The notes under the pieces were generated by a model, which worked only from the letters and a program-made list of their open reading frames with translations, searched no databases and was not told the DNA's origin. This document shows positions 53,153 to 64,000 of a stretch of 64,000 bases of DNA, piece by piece. The position numbers and the translations under genes are program-made. The first letter of the stretch is position 1; each line of letters starts with the position of its first letter. This stretch comes from Deinococcus sp. (GTDB lineage Bacteria; Deinococcota; Deinococci; Deinococcales; Deinococcaceae), in NCBI GenBank assembly GCA_965261005.1, contig OZ253375.1, forward strand, positions 2,592,001 through 2,656,000, given 5' to 3'.

Positions 53153-54593
53153 AGCTGCGCCCGCGCCGCTTGACGTCGTGATTCTGGCCGCCGGGCAGGG
53201 CACCCGCATGCGCTCGGCGCTGCCCAAGGTGCTGCACCCGGTCGGCGGTCGCCCGATGGTCGCTTGGGCGCTCAGGCGCGCCCGCGAACTGGGGGCGCGC
53301 GACGTGGTGGTCGTGACCGGCCACGGCGCCGAGCAGGTGGAGGCCACCCTGTTCGGCCAGGGGGCGCGCTTCGCCCGCCAAGAGCGGCAGCTGGGGACCG
53401 GGCACGCCTTTTTGGTCGGGGCGCGCGAATTGCGTCCCGGCGGCGACGTGCTGGTGCTCTACGGCGACACGCCGCTGCTCTCGGAGGCAACCCTGCGCGA
53501 CATGCTGGCGGACCACCGGGCGCGCGGCAGCGCCCTGACCCTGCTGACCGCGCGCCTGCCCGACGCCAGCGGCTACGGCCGGGTGGTGCGCGCAGCGGAC
53601 GGCTCGGTGGCGCGCATCGTGGAGGAAAAGGCGGCAAGCCCGGAAGAAAAGCGAATCACCGAGTTCAACTCCGGCGTGTACCTGATGGACCGCCGCGCGC
53701 CCGAATTGGCCGCCCGCATCGGGCGCGACAACCCCGCCGGCGAGTACTACCTGACCGACCTGGTCGCCCTGTACCGCGCGGAGGGAGCCGGCGTGGCGGC
53801 CTATCAGGTGGCCGACCCCAGCGAGGTGATGGGCGCCAACGACCGCGCGCAGCTGGCCGAGGCGGAGGCCATTCTGCGCCGGCGCGTGGCGGAGCGCCAC
53901 ATGCGCGCCGGCGTGACGCTGCTCGATCCGGCCACGACCCTGATCGAGGACGAGGTCGAGATCGGCCCCGACAGCCTGATTTATCCGGGCGTCATGCTGC
54001 TGGGTCAGACCCGCCTGGCCGCAAGCGTGGAAATCGGCCCCTACAGCGTGCTCACGGACAGCCACTTGGCGCGCGGCGTCCGCGTGAGGGCGCACAGCGT
54101 TTTGGAGGGGGCGCGGGTCGGGGAAGGCAGCGTGGTCGGCCCCTTCGCCCGTTTGCGGCCCGGCAGCGACCTCGCCGAGGGGGTGTTTGTGGGCAACTTC
54201 GTGGAGGTCAAGAACAGCCGGCTGGACCGGGGCGCCAAGGCCGGCCACCTGGCCTACCTGGGCGACGCCAGCGTGGGCGAGGACAGCAACGTCGGGGCCG
54301 GCAGCATCACCGCCAACTTCGACGGCGTGCATAAGCACCGCACCGAGATCGGGCGCGGGGTGTTCGTCGGCTCCAACAGCACCCTGATCGCGCCCGTCAC
54401 CCTCGGCGACGGCGCCTTTGTGGCGGGCGGCTCGACCGTGAGCGAGGACGTGCCGGAAGGGGCGCTGGCCGTGGCGCGCGGCCGGCAGCACACCGCGCCG
54501 GGCTGGGCGCGGCGCTACTGGTTACGGCTGCGGGCCGCCTTGCCCGGGAACGGCTTTTTGGCCCGCTGGCTGGGCGAGCAGGGAGAGACTTGA
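53124..54593 (+). CDS. glmU: Bifunctional UDP-GlcNAc pyrophosphorylase / GlcN-1-P acetyltransferase
   Basis: [46 protein letters not shown]. Confidence 0.95.
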   Translation: MTKPAPNVPEAAPAPLDVVILAAGQGTRMRSALPKVLHPVGGRPMVAWALRRARELGARDVVVVTGHGAEQVEATLFGQGARFARQERQLGTGHAFLVGARELRPGGDVLVLYGDTPLLSEATLRDMLADHRARGSALTLLTARLPDASGYGRVVRAADGSVARIVEEKAASPEEKRITEFNSGVYLMDRRAPELAARIGRDNPAGEYYLTDLVALYRAEGAGVAAYQVADPSEVMGANDRAQLAEAEAILRRRVAERHMRAGVTLLDPATTLIEDEVEIGPDSLIYPGVMLLGQTRLAASVEIGPYSVLTDSHLARGVRVRAHSVLEGARVGEGSVVGPFARLRPGSDLAEGVFVGNFVEVKNSRLDRGAKAGHLAYLGDASVGEDSNVGAGSITANFDGVHKHRTEIGRGVFVGSNSTLIAPVTLGDGAFVAGGSTVSEDVPEGALAVARGRQHTAPGWARRYWLRLRAALPGNGFLARWLGEQGET

Positions 54594-54745
54594 GGGCCGG
54601 GGTGTCTTAAGAGCGGCCGGTTTTCTTCACCGTTCCGCTTCACCCGAACGCCTAGACTGAGGTCAGTCTGCACCCGCCCCTCACCCTGGCTTGGGGTCCG
54701 ACATCCAAGGCCCCCAGGCGCGCGTAGGACATATCGGAGGATCAC

Positions 54746-54937
54746 ATGGGACCGCTGGAAATCATCTTGATCATCGTCGTGGTGGTGCTGATCTTCGGGG
54801 CGCGCAAGCTGCCAGAACTCGGCAAGGGCGTCGGCCGTGGCATTCGCGAGTTCAAACGTGAAGTCAAGCCGGACGCGCCTGACCGCGAAGATTTGGCGCG
54901 CGAAGAGGATGTCACGCGCCCGCGCGACCGGGTCTGA
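54746..54937 (+). CDS. tatA: Twin-arginine translocase TatA
   Basis: LIFGARKLPELGKG.GRGIREFK. Confidence 0.93.
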   Translation: MGPLEIILIIVVVVLIFGARKLPELGKGVGRGIREFKREVKPDAPDREDLAREEDVTRPRDRV

Positions 54938-54944
54938 GGTCGCC

Positions 54945-55721
54945 GTGGCCCTCAACGTTAACTCGGGCAGCAACGCCGGCAGCGCCCCCCTCGTCGAACA
55001 CCTGGAGGAACTGCGCAACCGCATCGTCATCTCGCTGTTGTACTTGGCGGCGGGCAGCGCGGTCGGCTGGATCTACCGGGCCGACCTGCTGCTGTGGCTC
55101 AAGCGCCCGCTGACCTTTTCCACCCTGTACAACCAGGGCAAGCTGCACCTGGTCTCGCAGCAACTCACCGACCAGATCGTGATGAGCTTTATGATCGCGT
55201 TGTGGGGCGGCCTCGCGCTGGCCCTGCCGTTTATCCTGCATCAGGTGTGGCTGTTCGTGGCGCCGGGCCTCTATCCCGGCGAGCGCAAGTGGGCCGCCCC
55301 CTTCGTGCTGGGCGCGGGCCTCTCGTTTTTGCTGGGCGCGCTGTTTTGTTACTTCGTGATCCTGCCCAACATGGTGCCATTTTTGGCGGACTTTTTGGGC
55401 GGGGTAGTGGACGGCGTGTGGCCCATCGGCACCTACATCTCGCAGATCGTGACCTTTCTGCTCGCCTTCGGCGTGATCTTCGAGCTGCCGGTGCTGGCCT
55501 TTGTGCTGACCAAGATCGGCTTCGTGAACGCGGGCCTGCTGTCCAAGGTGCGGCGCTACGCCATCGTCATCGTGCTGATCGTGGCCGCCGTGATCACGCC
55601 CACGCCCGACCCGGTCAACATGATGCTGGTCGCCATTCCCATCTACTTGCTCTACGAAATCGGCATTGTCGTCTCCCGGCTGGCGGCGCCGCGCGGTGAG
55701 CGGGGGGCGTTGCCGGAGTGA
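54945..55721 (+). CDS. tatC: Twin-arginine translocase TatC
   Basis: PLVEHLEELR.R, W.FVAPGLY..ER, FELP, ITPTPDP. Confidence 0.93.
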   Translation: MALNVNSGSNAGSAPLVEHLEELRNRIVISLLYLAAGSAVGWIYRADLLLWLKRPLTFSTLYNQGKLHLVSQQLTDQIVMSFMIALWGGLALALPFILHQVWLFVAPGLYPGERKWAAPFVLGAGLSFLLGALFCYFVILPNMVPFLADFLGGVVDGVWPIGTYISQIVTFLLAFGVIFELPVLAFVLTKIGFVNAGLLSKVRRYAIVIVLIVAAVITPTPDPVNMMLVAIPIYLLYEIGIVVSRLAAPRGERGALPE

Positions 55722-55783
55722 AAACAGGCAGTTGACTATGCCGCGCGTCCCCACCGGGCGCGCGGCTCTTTACACTGGAAAGC

Positions 55784-56878
<1,095 letters not shown>

Positions 56879-56940
56879 ACCATATCAGCGTCCGCCAAAT
56901 GGCCCATTCGCCCCCGGTCTGCCTCGCGTAGATTGGGGGC

Positions 56941-58179
56941 ATGCCCAAGCGCCCGCCCGCCGCCCTCGTCTTTGTCTTGATCACGCTGCTGATCGACGTG
57001 ATGGGCGTCGGTCTGATCGTGCCCGTGCTGCCCGCCCTGATCAAGGACTTGGCCGGCGGGCAGGCGGCCGGGGCGCAGGTGCTGGGCGTCCTGACCGCCG
57101 TGTACGCCGCGATGCAGTTTGTGTTCGCGCCGCTGCTGGGCGCCCTGTCCGACCGCTTCGGGCGCCGGCCGGTGCTGCTGCTCTCGATGTTGGGGCTGGG
57201 CCTGGACTACCTGGTGCTGTACTTCGCGCCGAACCTGGCCTGGCTGTTCGTCGGGCGGCTGATCGCGGGCGTCACGGGCGCGAGCATGACGGTCGTGAAC
57301 GCCTACATCGCCGACGTGACCCCGCCCGAGAAGAGGGCCGGCAGCTACGGCCTGCTGGGGGCGACCTTCGGGGTCGGCTTTATCGTCGGCCCGGTGGTGG
57401 GCGGCTTTCTGGGCGGCTTTGATTTGCGCCTGCCCTTTCTGGCAGCGGCCATGCTCGCGCTGCTGAACTTCCTCTACGGTCTTCTCGTGCTGCCCGAGTC
57501 GCTGTTGCCAGAAAAGCGCAACCAGAACGTGAGCGCCCGTAGCCTCAGCCCGCTGCGCAGCCTCGCGGCGCTCGGGCGTTATCCGCTGGTGCGTGGCCTG
57601 GCCGTCAGCTTCATCCTGTTCGGCATGGCCAACCAGGTCATCTTCAACACCTGGGTGCTGTTTACCGAGGGCGTGCTGGGCTGGGGACCGGCGCAGAACG
57701 GGGCGGGCCTCGCGCTGGTCGGGGCGCTCACCATCGTGGTGCAGGCCGGGCTGGTCGCGCTGGCGGTGCGGGTGTTGGGCGAGCGCCGGGCGATTGTGGG
57801 CGGGTTGCTCATCGGCGTCGTGCAGTTCATTTTGCTTGGCCTGGCGCGTTCGGACGCCATGTTTTACGCCGCCATCGGCGTCGGCAGCCTGGGCGGCGTG
57901 GCGGGGCCGGCGTTGCAGGGCCTGATCAGCCGCAGCGTGGACGAGCGCGAGCAGGGCACCGTGCAGGGCGCCCTGACCGGCCTGAACAGCTTGGTCGGCA
58001 TCGTCGGCCCGATTCTGGCGACCTGGGTTTTCGCCTACTTCAACGGCGGCGGCGCGGGCGTGCGCGTGCCGGGGGCCGCCTTCTTTCTGGGCGGGCTGTG
58101 CCTGCTGCTGGGGACCCTGCTGACGGCCGGCGCGCTGCCGAGAACGCCAAGTCCGGTGACGGTGGGGGCGGAGGGCTGA
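56941..58179 (+). CDS. TCR/Tet-family MFS transporter
   Basis: [14 protein letters not shown] motif A; GF..GP..GG motif C. Confidence 0.9.
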   Translation: MPKRPPAALVFVLITLLIDVMGVGLIVPVLPALIKDLAGGQAAGAQVLGVLTAVYAAMQFVFAPLLGALSDRFGRRPVLLLSMLGLGLDYLVLYFAPNLAWLFVGRLIAGVTGASMTVVNAYIADVTPPEKRAGSYGLLGATFGVGFIVGPVVGGFLGGFDLRLPFLAAAMLALLNFLYGLLVLPESLLPEKRNQNVSARSLSPLRSLAALGRYPLVRGLAVSFILFGMANQVIFNTWVLFTEGVLGWGPAQNGAGLALVGALTIVVQAGLVALAVRVLGERRAIVGGLLIGVVQFILLGLARSDAMFYAAIGVGSLGGVAGPALQGLISRSVDEREQGTVQGALTGLNSLVGIVGPILATWVFAYFNGGGAGVRVPGAAFFLGGLCLLLGTLLTAGALPRTPSPVTVGAEG

Positions 58180-58248
58180 GGGGAGCAAGACGGCCAGTTC
58201 GGGAGCGCCGCACGGTGCCCGTTGTGCGCTTTGCATAAGCTGTGGGGC

Positions 58249-59427
<1,179 letters not shown>

Positions 59428-59430
59428 TTC

Positions 59431-60351
59431 TCAGGGCGTCAGCACGATCTTGCCTAAGGTGTGGCGCTTTTCCAGCTCCCGGTACGCCTCGCGCACATCG
59501 GAGAGGGGGTAAGCCTGGGCGATGGGCACGTCGAGCAGACCCTGATCGATCAGGCCGGCCAGCAGGGCCAGCACGTCGGCGCTGTCGGCATTGCCGGCGC
59601 CTTCCGCCTTAACGCCGTACTGCTGCGCGGCGGCGAAGTCGATGACGGTGTCGATCCGCTGCGGCTGGACGCCCAGCTTCAGCGCCAGTTCGACGTAACC
59701 GCCCCCGAAGGTGTCGATAAAGGCACCCAACTGGCCGCCGGCGGCCGAGCGCAAACGGTCTTCCAAGCCCTCGCCGTAGGGCACCGGGATGATGCCGTGG
59801 TCGGTCAGCCACCCGTGCCGCTCTGGGCTGGCGATGCCCAGCACCGTCGCGCCCGCCCGCAGGGCCAGCTGCGCCGCGATGGTGCCGACGCCGCCGCTGG
59901 CCCCCGCGATGGCGACGGTGTCCCCCGACCCCAAGCCCACCGCGCGCACCGCCGCGTAGGCCGTCGCGCCGGCGACGAACAGGGCGCCGGCCACCTCCCA
60001 AGGCACGTTGCCCGGCTTGGGCGTCAGCTGGCCGGCCGGGACGGCGACGAACTCGGCCTGGCTGGCGCGGTCGTTGGTGAACCCGATGACGGCCTCCCCC
60101 TGGGCGAGGCCGACCACGCCGCGGCCGATGGTCTCGACGGTGCCGGCGAAGTCGCTGCCCTGCCCCGAGGGAAAGGTCGCGGGCAACCTGTCGTGAAAGG
60201 CGCCTTGGCGAATGATCGTCTCGCCCGGATTGATGCCGGCGGCCTTTACGCGGACCAGCACCTGGCCCGCTTCCGGCGCGGGCGGCTCGACCTCCACGAC
60301 CTGCAACACGTCGAGACCGCCGTACTGATTGAATTTCACCGCTCTGGACAT
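59431..60351 (-). CDS. NADP-dependent oxidoreductase (MDR/quinone reductase-like)
   Basis: VRVKAAGINP, GSDFAGTV, GASGGVG, H..GKIVL. Confidence 0.9.
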   Translation of the reverse strand: MSRAVKFNQYGGLDVLQVVEVEPPAPEAGQVLVRVKAAGINPGETIIRQGAFHDRLPATFPSGQGSDFAGTVETIGRGVVGLAQGEAVIGFTNDRASQAEFVAVPAGQLTPKPGNVPWEVAGALFVAGATAYAAVRAVGLGSGDTVAIAGASGGVGTIAAQLALRAGATVLGIASPERHGWLTDHGIIPVPYGEGLEDRLRSAAGGQLGAFIDTFGGGYVELALKLGVQPQRIDTVIDFAAAQQYGVKAEGAGNADSADVLALLAGLIDQGLLDVPIAQAYPLSDVREAYRELEKRHTLGKIVLTP

Positions 60352-60373
60352 GATTAACTTCCCCCTTTGAGCT

Positions 60374-61210
60374 TCACTTCCAGACCTCGGCGTAGTCTCT
60401 CGCGAACTGGGCGAAGGGGATGGGGTCCTTGCCGGTCGCGCGCCGCACGTCGTCCGTGACGCGGGCGGTGTGGCCGGCCCTCACAACGCCGTATGCGTTG
60501 GTCATCAGCGCCACGTAGCTTTCGGAGGCGCCCGATTGCCGCATCCTCTCTTGCAATTGCTCGTCCGTGATGGGGACGTACTTCATGTCCTGGCCGGTCG
60601 CGTCCGAAATCAGGCGCGCGACCTCGTCCCTGTCGAGCGCCTCCCCGCCCGTGATGGCGTACGCCTGGCCGGCGTGCCCGTCCTGCGTCAGGGCCGCCAC
60701 CGCCACGGCGGCGATGTCGCGGGCGTCCACGAAGCCGGTCTTGGCGTCGCCGGCCGGCTCGGCCAACACGCCCTGTTCGCGGATCATCTCGGCGTGGGTG
60801 TTGCTGTAGTTCTGCATGAACCAACTCGGGCGCACAAAAGTCCACTCTAGCCCCGACGCCTCAATATGCTTTTCCACGTCGCGCAGCGGGTTGTCGCCCT
60901 GCTCGGCGCCGAGGGCGGAGAGGCGCACGACGCGCTTCACGCCCGCCTCCTTCGCCAAGTCCACGGCCCGGTTGACGGGAGCGGCTGGCATGTCCCCTGG
61001 CGAGGCCAGGTAGAGCTTGTCCACCCCCTCAAGCGCCGCACGCACGCTGGCCTCGTCCGCGAAATCGAAGGGGACGACTTGGGCGCCGGGAAAGGCTTGC
61101 CGGGCTTTCTCGACCGTGTGGGCGCCGATACGAACGCGCTCGCCCTTTTCCTGAAGCTGCCTGACGACCTCGCTGCCGACCTTGCCGTTGGGGGTGGTGA
61201 CTAAAATCAT
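60374..61210 (-). CDS. NmrA/SDR-family NAD(P)-binding protein
   Basis: MILVT..NGKVG, T.VRP.WFMQN, VDARDIA. Confidence 0.88.
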   Translation of the reverse strand: MILVTTPNGKVGSEVVRQLQEKGERVRIGAHTVEKARQAFPGAQVVPFDFADEASVRAALEGVDKLYLASPGDMPAAPVNRAVDLAKEAGVKRVVRLSALGAEQGDNPLRDVEKHIEASGLEWTFVRPSWFMQNYSNTHAEMIREQGVLAEPAGDAKTGFVDARDIAAVAVAALTQDGHAGQAYAITGGEALDRDEVARLISDATGQDMKYVPITDEQLQERMRQSGASESYVALMTNAYGVVRAGHTARVTDDVRRATGKDPIPFAQFARDYAEVWK

Positions 61211-61290
61211 GTGTGCCTCCTCGCCAAAGCATAGGCTTTGGACTTTACTTTGAGAAGTACACACCTTTTGGTGCGTGCTAAGCTTTCGGC

Positions 61291-61716
61291 ATGACCGCTT
61301 CCGCCAACGTCCTGAGCAAGAACTGTCCCTCGAACAGCGTGCTGGAGATGGTGTCCGGCAAGTGGAGGGTGCTCATTCTCTACGCGCTGCGTGGGCGCAC
61401 GCTGCGCTACGGCGAGCTTCAGCGCGTGGTCGAGGGCATCTCGCAGAAGATGCTGACCCAGACCCTGCGCGAGTTGGAGCGCGACGGCTTGGTTTCCCGC
61501 CACATCTTTCCGGTCGTGCCGCCGCACACCGAGTACCAGCTCACGCCGTTGGGCCGGAGCCTAGAGGACATCGTGTTTCGCTTGGGCGGCTGGGCGCAGG
61601 AGAACATGGACGGCGTGCTGAGCGCGCGGGCGAGCTACGACGGGGGCGCCGCCACCTCACCCAACACCCCCTCACCCAGCACCCGCCCGACCACTTCCGG
61701 CTTGCCGAGGGGATAG
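61291..61716 (+). CDS. HxlR-family transcriptional regulator
   Basis: CP...LE...GKW..LI, GISQKMLTQTLRELERDGLV, PP..EY.LT..G. Confidence 0.9.
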   Translation: MTASANVLSKNCPSNSVLEMVSGKWRVLILYALRGRTLRYGELQRVVEGISQKMLTQTLRELERDGLVSRHIFPVVPPHTEYQLTPLGRSLEDIVFRLGGWAQENMDGVLSARASYDGGAATSPNTPSPSTRPTTSGLPRG

Positions 61717-62510
61717 AGGTGGACCCCCGCCACGCCGAGGTCGCGCAAATCGTTGATCAGCCGGGCGCTCCAATCGAGGCCGGCCGCCTTGTCGGTTTCG
61801 AGGGCCGAGAGCAATTCGGGCGGCACCCCCGCCCACCGGCCGACGTTCCGCGCCATCTTGAGCGAGCGTAATGGCAGCACGCCGAACAGGATGGGAATGG
61901 GGGGCGTGCCGACGAAGTCGAGAAAGCGCTCGACCTGGGCGCGCGAAAAGACTGGCTGCGTCTGCGCGAAGTGGGCGCCGGCCGCGACCTTTTCGAGCAG
62001 CCGCTCCTTTTCACGTTCCAGATCGGGGTTGGCCGGGTTGAGCGCCACGCCGATTCGGAAGTCGGTGCGGGCACCCAAATCGCGCCCAGCCCGCGACCGA
62101 CCGGCGTTGAGATGACTTGCCAAGCTCGCCAGCCCGTCCGCCCCGACCTCGTACACGCCGGCCGCGTCCGGATGGTCCCCCCGGCCCGGCGGGTCGCCGT
62201 ACAGGCACAGGAGGTGTCGCACCCCCAGGGCGTGGGCGCCCAGCAGCTCGGCCTGTAGGCCCAGCACGTTGCGGTCGCGGCAGGTCAGGTGAACGATCAC
62301 CTCCAAGCCGAGGTCGCGCTGAATCAGGTGCGCCACCGCGATGGGACTCATGCGCAAATTCGCCATGGGGGAGTCGCTGACGTTCACCGCGTCCACCAGG
62401 TCACGCAGGGCGCGCGCCTCGGCCAAGGTGGCGCTCGGGTCCGGCCCGCGCGGCGGGTCGAGTTCGGCGGTGACCACAAAGGCGCGCCCCAAATTGCGGC
62501 TGAGGCTCAC
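61635..62510 (-). CDS. metF: Methylenetetrahydrofolate reductase
   Basis: TAELDPP, NV.DSP.A..RMS, HLTCRDRN, GDP, K..AGA.F.QTQP. Confidence 0.88.
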   Translation of the reverse strand: MSLSRNLGRAFVVTAELDPPRGPDPSATLAEARALRDLVDAVNVSDSPMANLRMSPIAVAHLIQRDLGLEVIVHLTCRDRNVLGLQAELLGAHALGVRHLLCLYGDPPGRGDHPDAAGVYEVGADGLASLASHLNAGRSRAGRDLGARTDFRIGVALNPANPDLEREKERLLEKVAAGAHFAQTQPVFSRAQVERFLDFVGTPPIPILFGVLPLRSLKMARNVGRWAGVPPELLSALETDKAAGLDWSARLINDLRDLGVAGVHLYPLGKPEVVGRVLGEGVLGEVAAPPS

Positions 62511-64000
62511 GGGCGAACCTCCAGCGCGGGCGCCGGCTCGTACCCCAGCACCGGGGCCAGCCAGCGCTCCGCCTCCGCTGCGCTCCACCCCTTGCGCCGG
62601 GCGTAGTCCTGCACCTGGTCGCGCCCGATTTTGCCGACGGCGAAATACCTCGCTTCCGGGTGCGCCAGGTACAGCCCGCTCACGCTGGCGGCGGGCCACA
62701 TCGCCCCCGACTCGGTGAGGTGCAAACCGACCTCGCCGGCATGAAGCAACTCGAACAGCGTGCGCTTCTCGGTGTGGTCGGGCTGGGCGGGGTAGCCGGG
62801 GGCGGGGCGGATGCCGGCGTAGCGCTCCTTGATGAGGTCGTGGGCCGTCAACCGCTCGCCCGGCGCGTAGCCCCACCATTTGCGCCGCACGTCTTGGTGT
62901 AGCTTCTCGGCAAACGCCTCGGCCAAACGGTCGGCCAGAGCTTTGATGAGAATAGCGCCGTAGTCGTCGTGCCGCGCCTCGAATTCAGCCGCCAATTCGT
63001 CCGCCCCGTGAATGGTCAGGGCGAAGGCGCCCGCGAAGTCACGCACGCCAACTTGAACGGGCGCCACGAAGTCCGATAGGGCCAGGTTCGGCCCCGGCTG
63101 CTCGCGCTGCTGGCGCAGGGTGTGCAACGTTCCCAGATAAGCGCCCCCGTCTCCATACAGCACGATGTCGTCGCCGTCGCCCGCCGCCTCATACAGCCCC
63201 ACGCTGGCCCGCGCGCTCAGCCGGTTCTCGCGGGTGACCTTCTCCAGCAGTTCCCGCGCGTCCAAGAGCAGTTCGCGCGCCTGCGGCCCCTTGACGGGAT
63301 CGTCCAGAATCTTGGGATACACCCCCGGCAGCTCCCAGGCGATAAAAAACGGCGTCCAATCTATATAGTCGGCCAGCTCAGCGACGCTCTGCTCAATGAT
63401 CTTGTGGCCTATAAAAGTAGGCGCCGGCGTTCCCTCATACGCCAACCCCGGCCCGCGCGCCCGCGCCTCGTTGAGGCTCAGCAGCCGTACCCGCTTCCCC
63501 GCGTGGCGTTCTCTTAAGTCGGCGTACTCGCTTTCGGTCTTTGCCAGCAGGGCCGCCTTGCCCGCGCCCAGCAGGTCGCTCACGGTCGTCACGGCGCGCG
63601 AGGCGTCGTGGACGTGCAGCGCCGGCCCGGAGAACCGGGGCGCGATCTTGACGGCGGTGTGGGCGCGCGAGGTGGTCGCCCCGCCGATGAGGAGCGGCGC
63701 CCGCAAGCCCGAACGCTCCAGCTCGGCCGCGACGTGAGCCATCTCGTCCAGGCTGGGGGTGATCAGGCCGGACAGCCCGATCACGTCGGCCTCCCAGCTC
63801 GCGGCCTCGGCCAGAATCTTTTCGGCGGGGACCATCACGCCGAGGTCTTTTACCTCGTAGCCGTTGCAGGCGAGCACGACGCCCACGATGTTCTTGCCGA
63901 TGTCGTGGACGTCCCCCTTGACGGTCGCCAGCAGCACCCGCCCCTTGCGCGTGCCCGCCGCCTGTTCAGCCTCCAGGTAGGGCGTCAGGTACGCCACCGC
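62507..64000 (-). CDS. metH: B12-dependent methionine synthase, partial (5' end beyond the window)
   Basis: ATVKGDVHDIGKNIV, SGLITPSL, GGATTS, IRPAPGYPAQPDH. Confidence 0.95.
   Translation of the reverse strand, partial: AVAYLTPYLEAEQAAGTRKGRVLLATVKGDVHDIGKNIVGVVLACNGYEVKDLGVMVPAEKILAEAASWEADVIGLSGLITPSLDEMAHVAAELERSGLRAPLLIGGATTSRAHTAVKIAPRFSGPALHVHDASRAVTTVSDLLGAGKAALLAKTESEYADLRERHAGKRVRLLSLNEARARGPGLAYEGTPAPTFIGHKIIEQSVAELADYIDWTPFFIAWELPGVYPKILDDPVKGPQARELLLDARELLEKVTRENRLSARASVGLYEAAGDGDDIVLYGDGGAYLGTLHTLRQQREQPGPNLALSDFVAPVQVGVRDFAGAFALTIHGADELAAEFEARHDDYGAILIKALADRLAEAFAEKLHQDVRRKWWGYAPGERLTAHDLIKERYAGIRPAPGYPAQPDHTEKRTLFELLHAGEVGLHLTESGAMWPAASVSGLYLAHPEARYFAVGKIGRDQVQDYARRKGWSAAEAERWLAPVLGYEPAPALEVRP

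Noticed and set aside
61635..61716. 82-bp tail-to-tail overlap of the HxlR gene and metF
   Set aside because: Low-complexity C-terminal extensions; common for convergent genes in high-GC genomes

Overview
High-GC chromosomal window, most likely Deinococcota (Deinococcus-like). The evidence is the LysW-type lysine pathway, a Deinococcus-type ATACGGATTCCG miniature repeat, and many apparently leaderless genes with a TAnnnT -10 box 5-9 nt before the start codon. Main contents: (1) 4.8-19 kb, an alpha-aminoadipate lysine cluster (lysS-T-U-V-W-X-Y-Z-J) interrupted by toxin-antitoxin (TA) modules, house-cleaning genes, gene remnants, a MITE-like element and a c-di-GMP-I riboswitch/PadR unit. (2) 20.7-24.3 kb, a dense TA array: Phd-RelE, tandem AbrB/PIN paralogs and an AT-rich HEPN pair. 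(3) 32-33.8 kb, a xanthorhodopsin-like rhodopsin with an atypical D-T-A motif, downstream of a DUF4388/PATAN-like gene, with 13-bp periodic repeats in its leader. (4) 40.0-50.4 kb, a 10.3-kb satellite-like element integrated in tRNA-Thr(CGT) between 50-bp att repeats. It carries a frameshifted integrase, a primase-helicase with iterons, a MazF-type TA pair and a tandem array of small proteins sharing an RLxxLE motif. (5) Housekeeping genes: malic enzyme, acyl-CoA carboxylase beta, M16 protease, ycaQ-like glycosylase, DesKR-like two-component system plus ABC transporter, lgt, glmU, tatAC, CM-DAHP synthase, nspC, metF and partial metH. All family assignments come from reading motifs by eye; no database searches were run.
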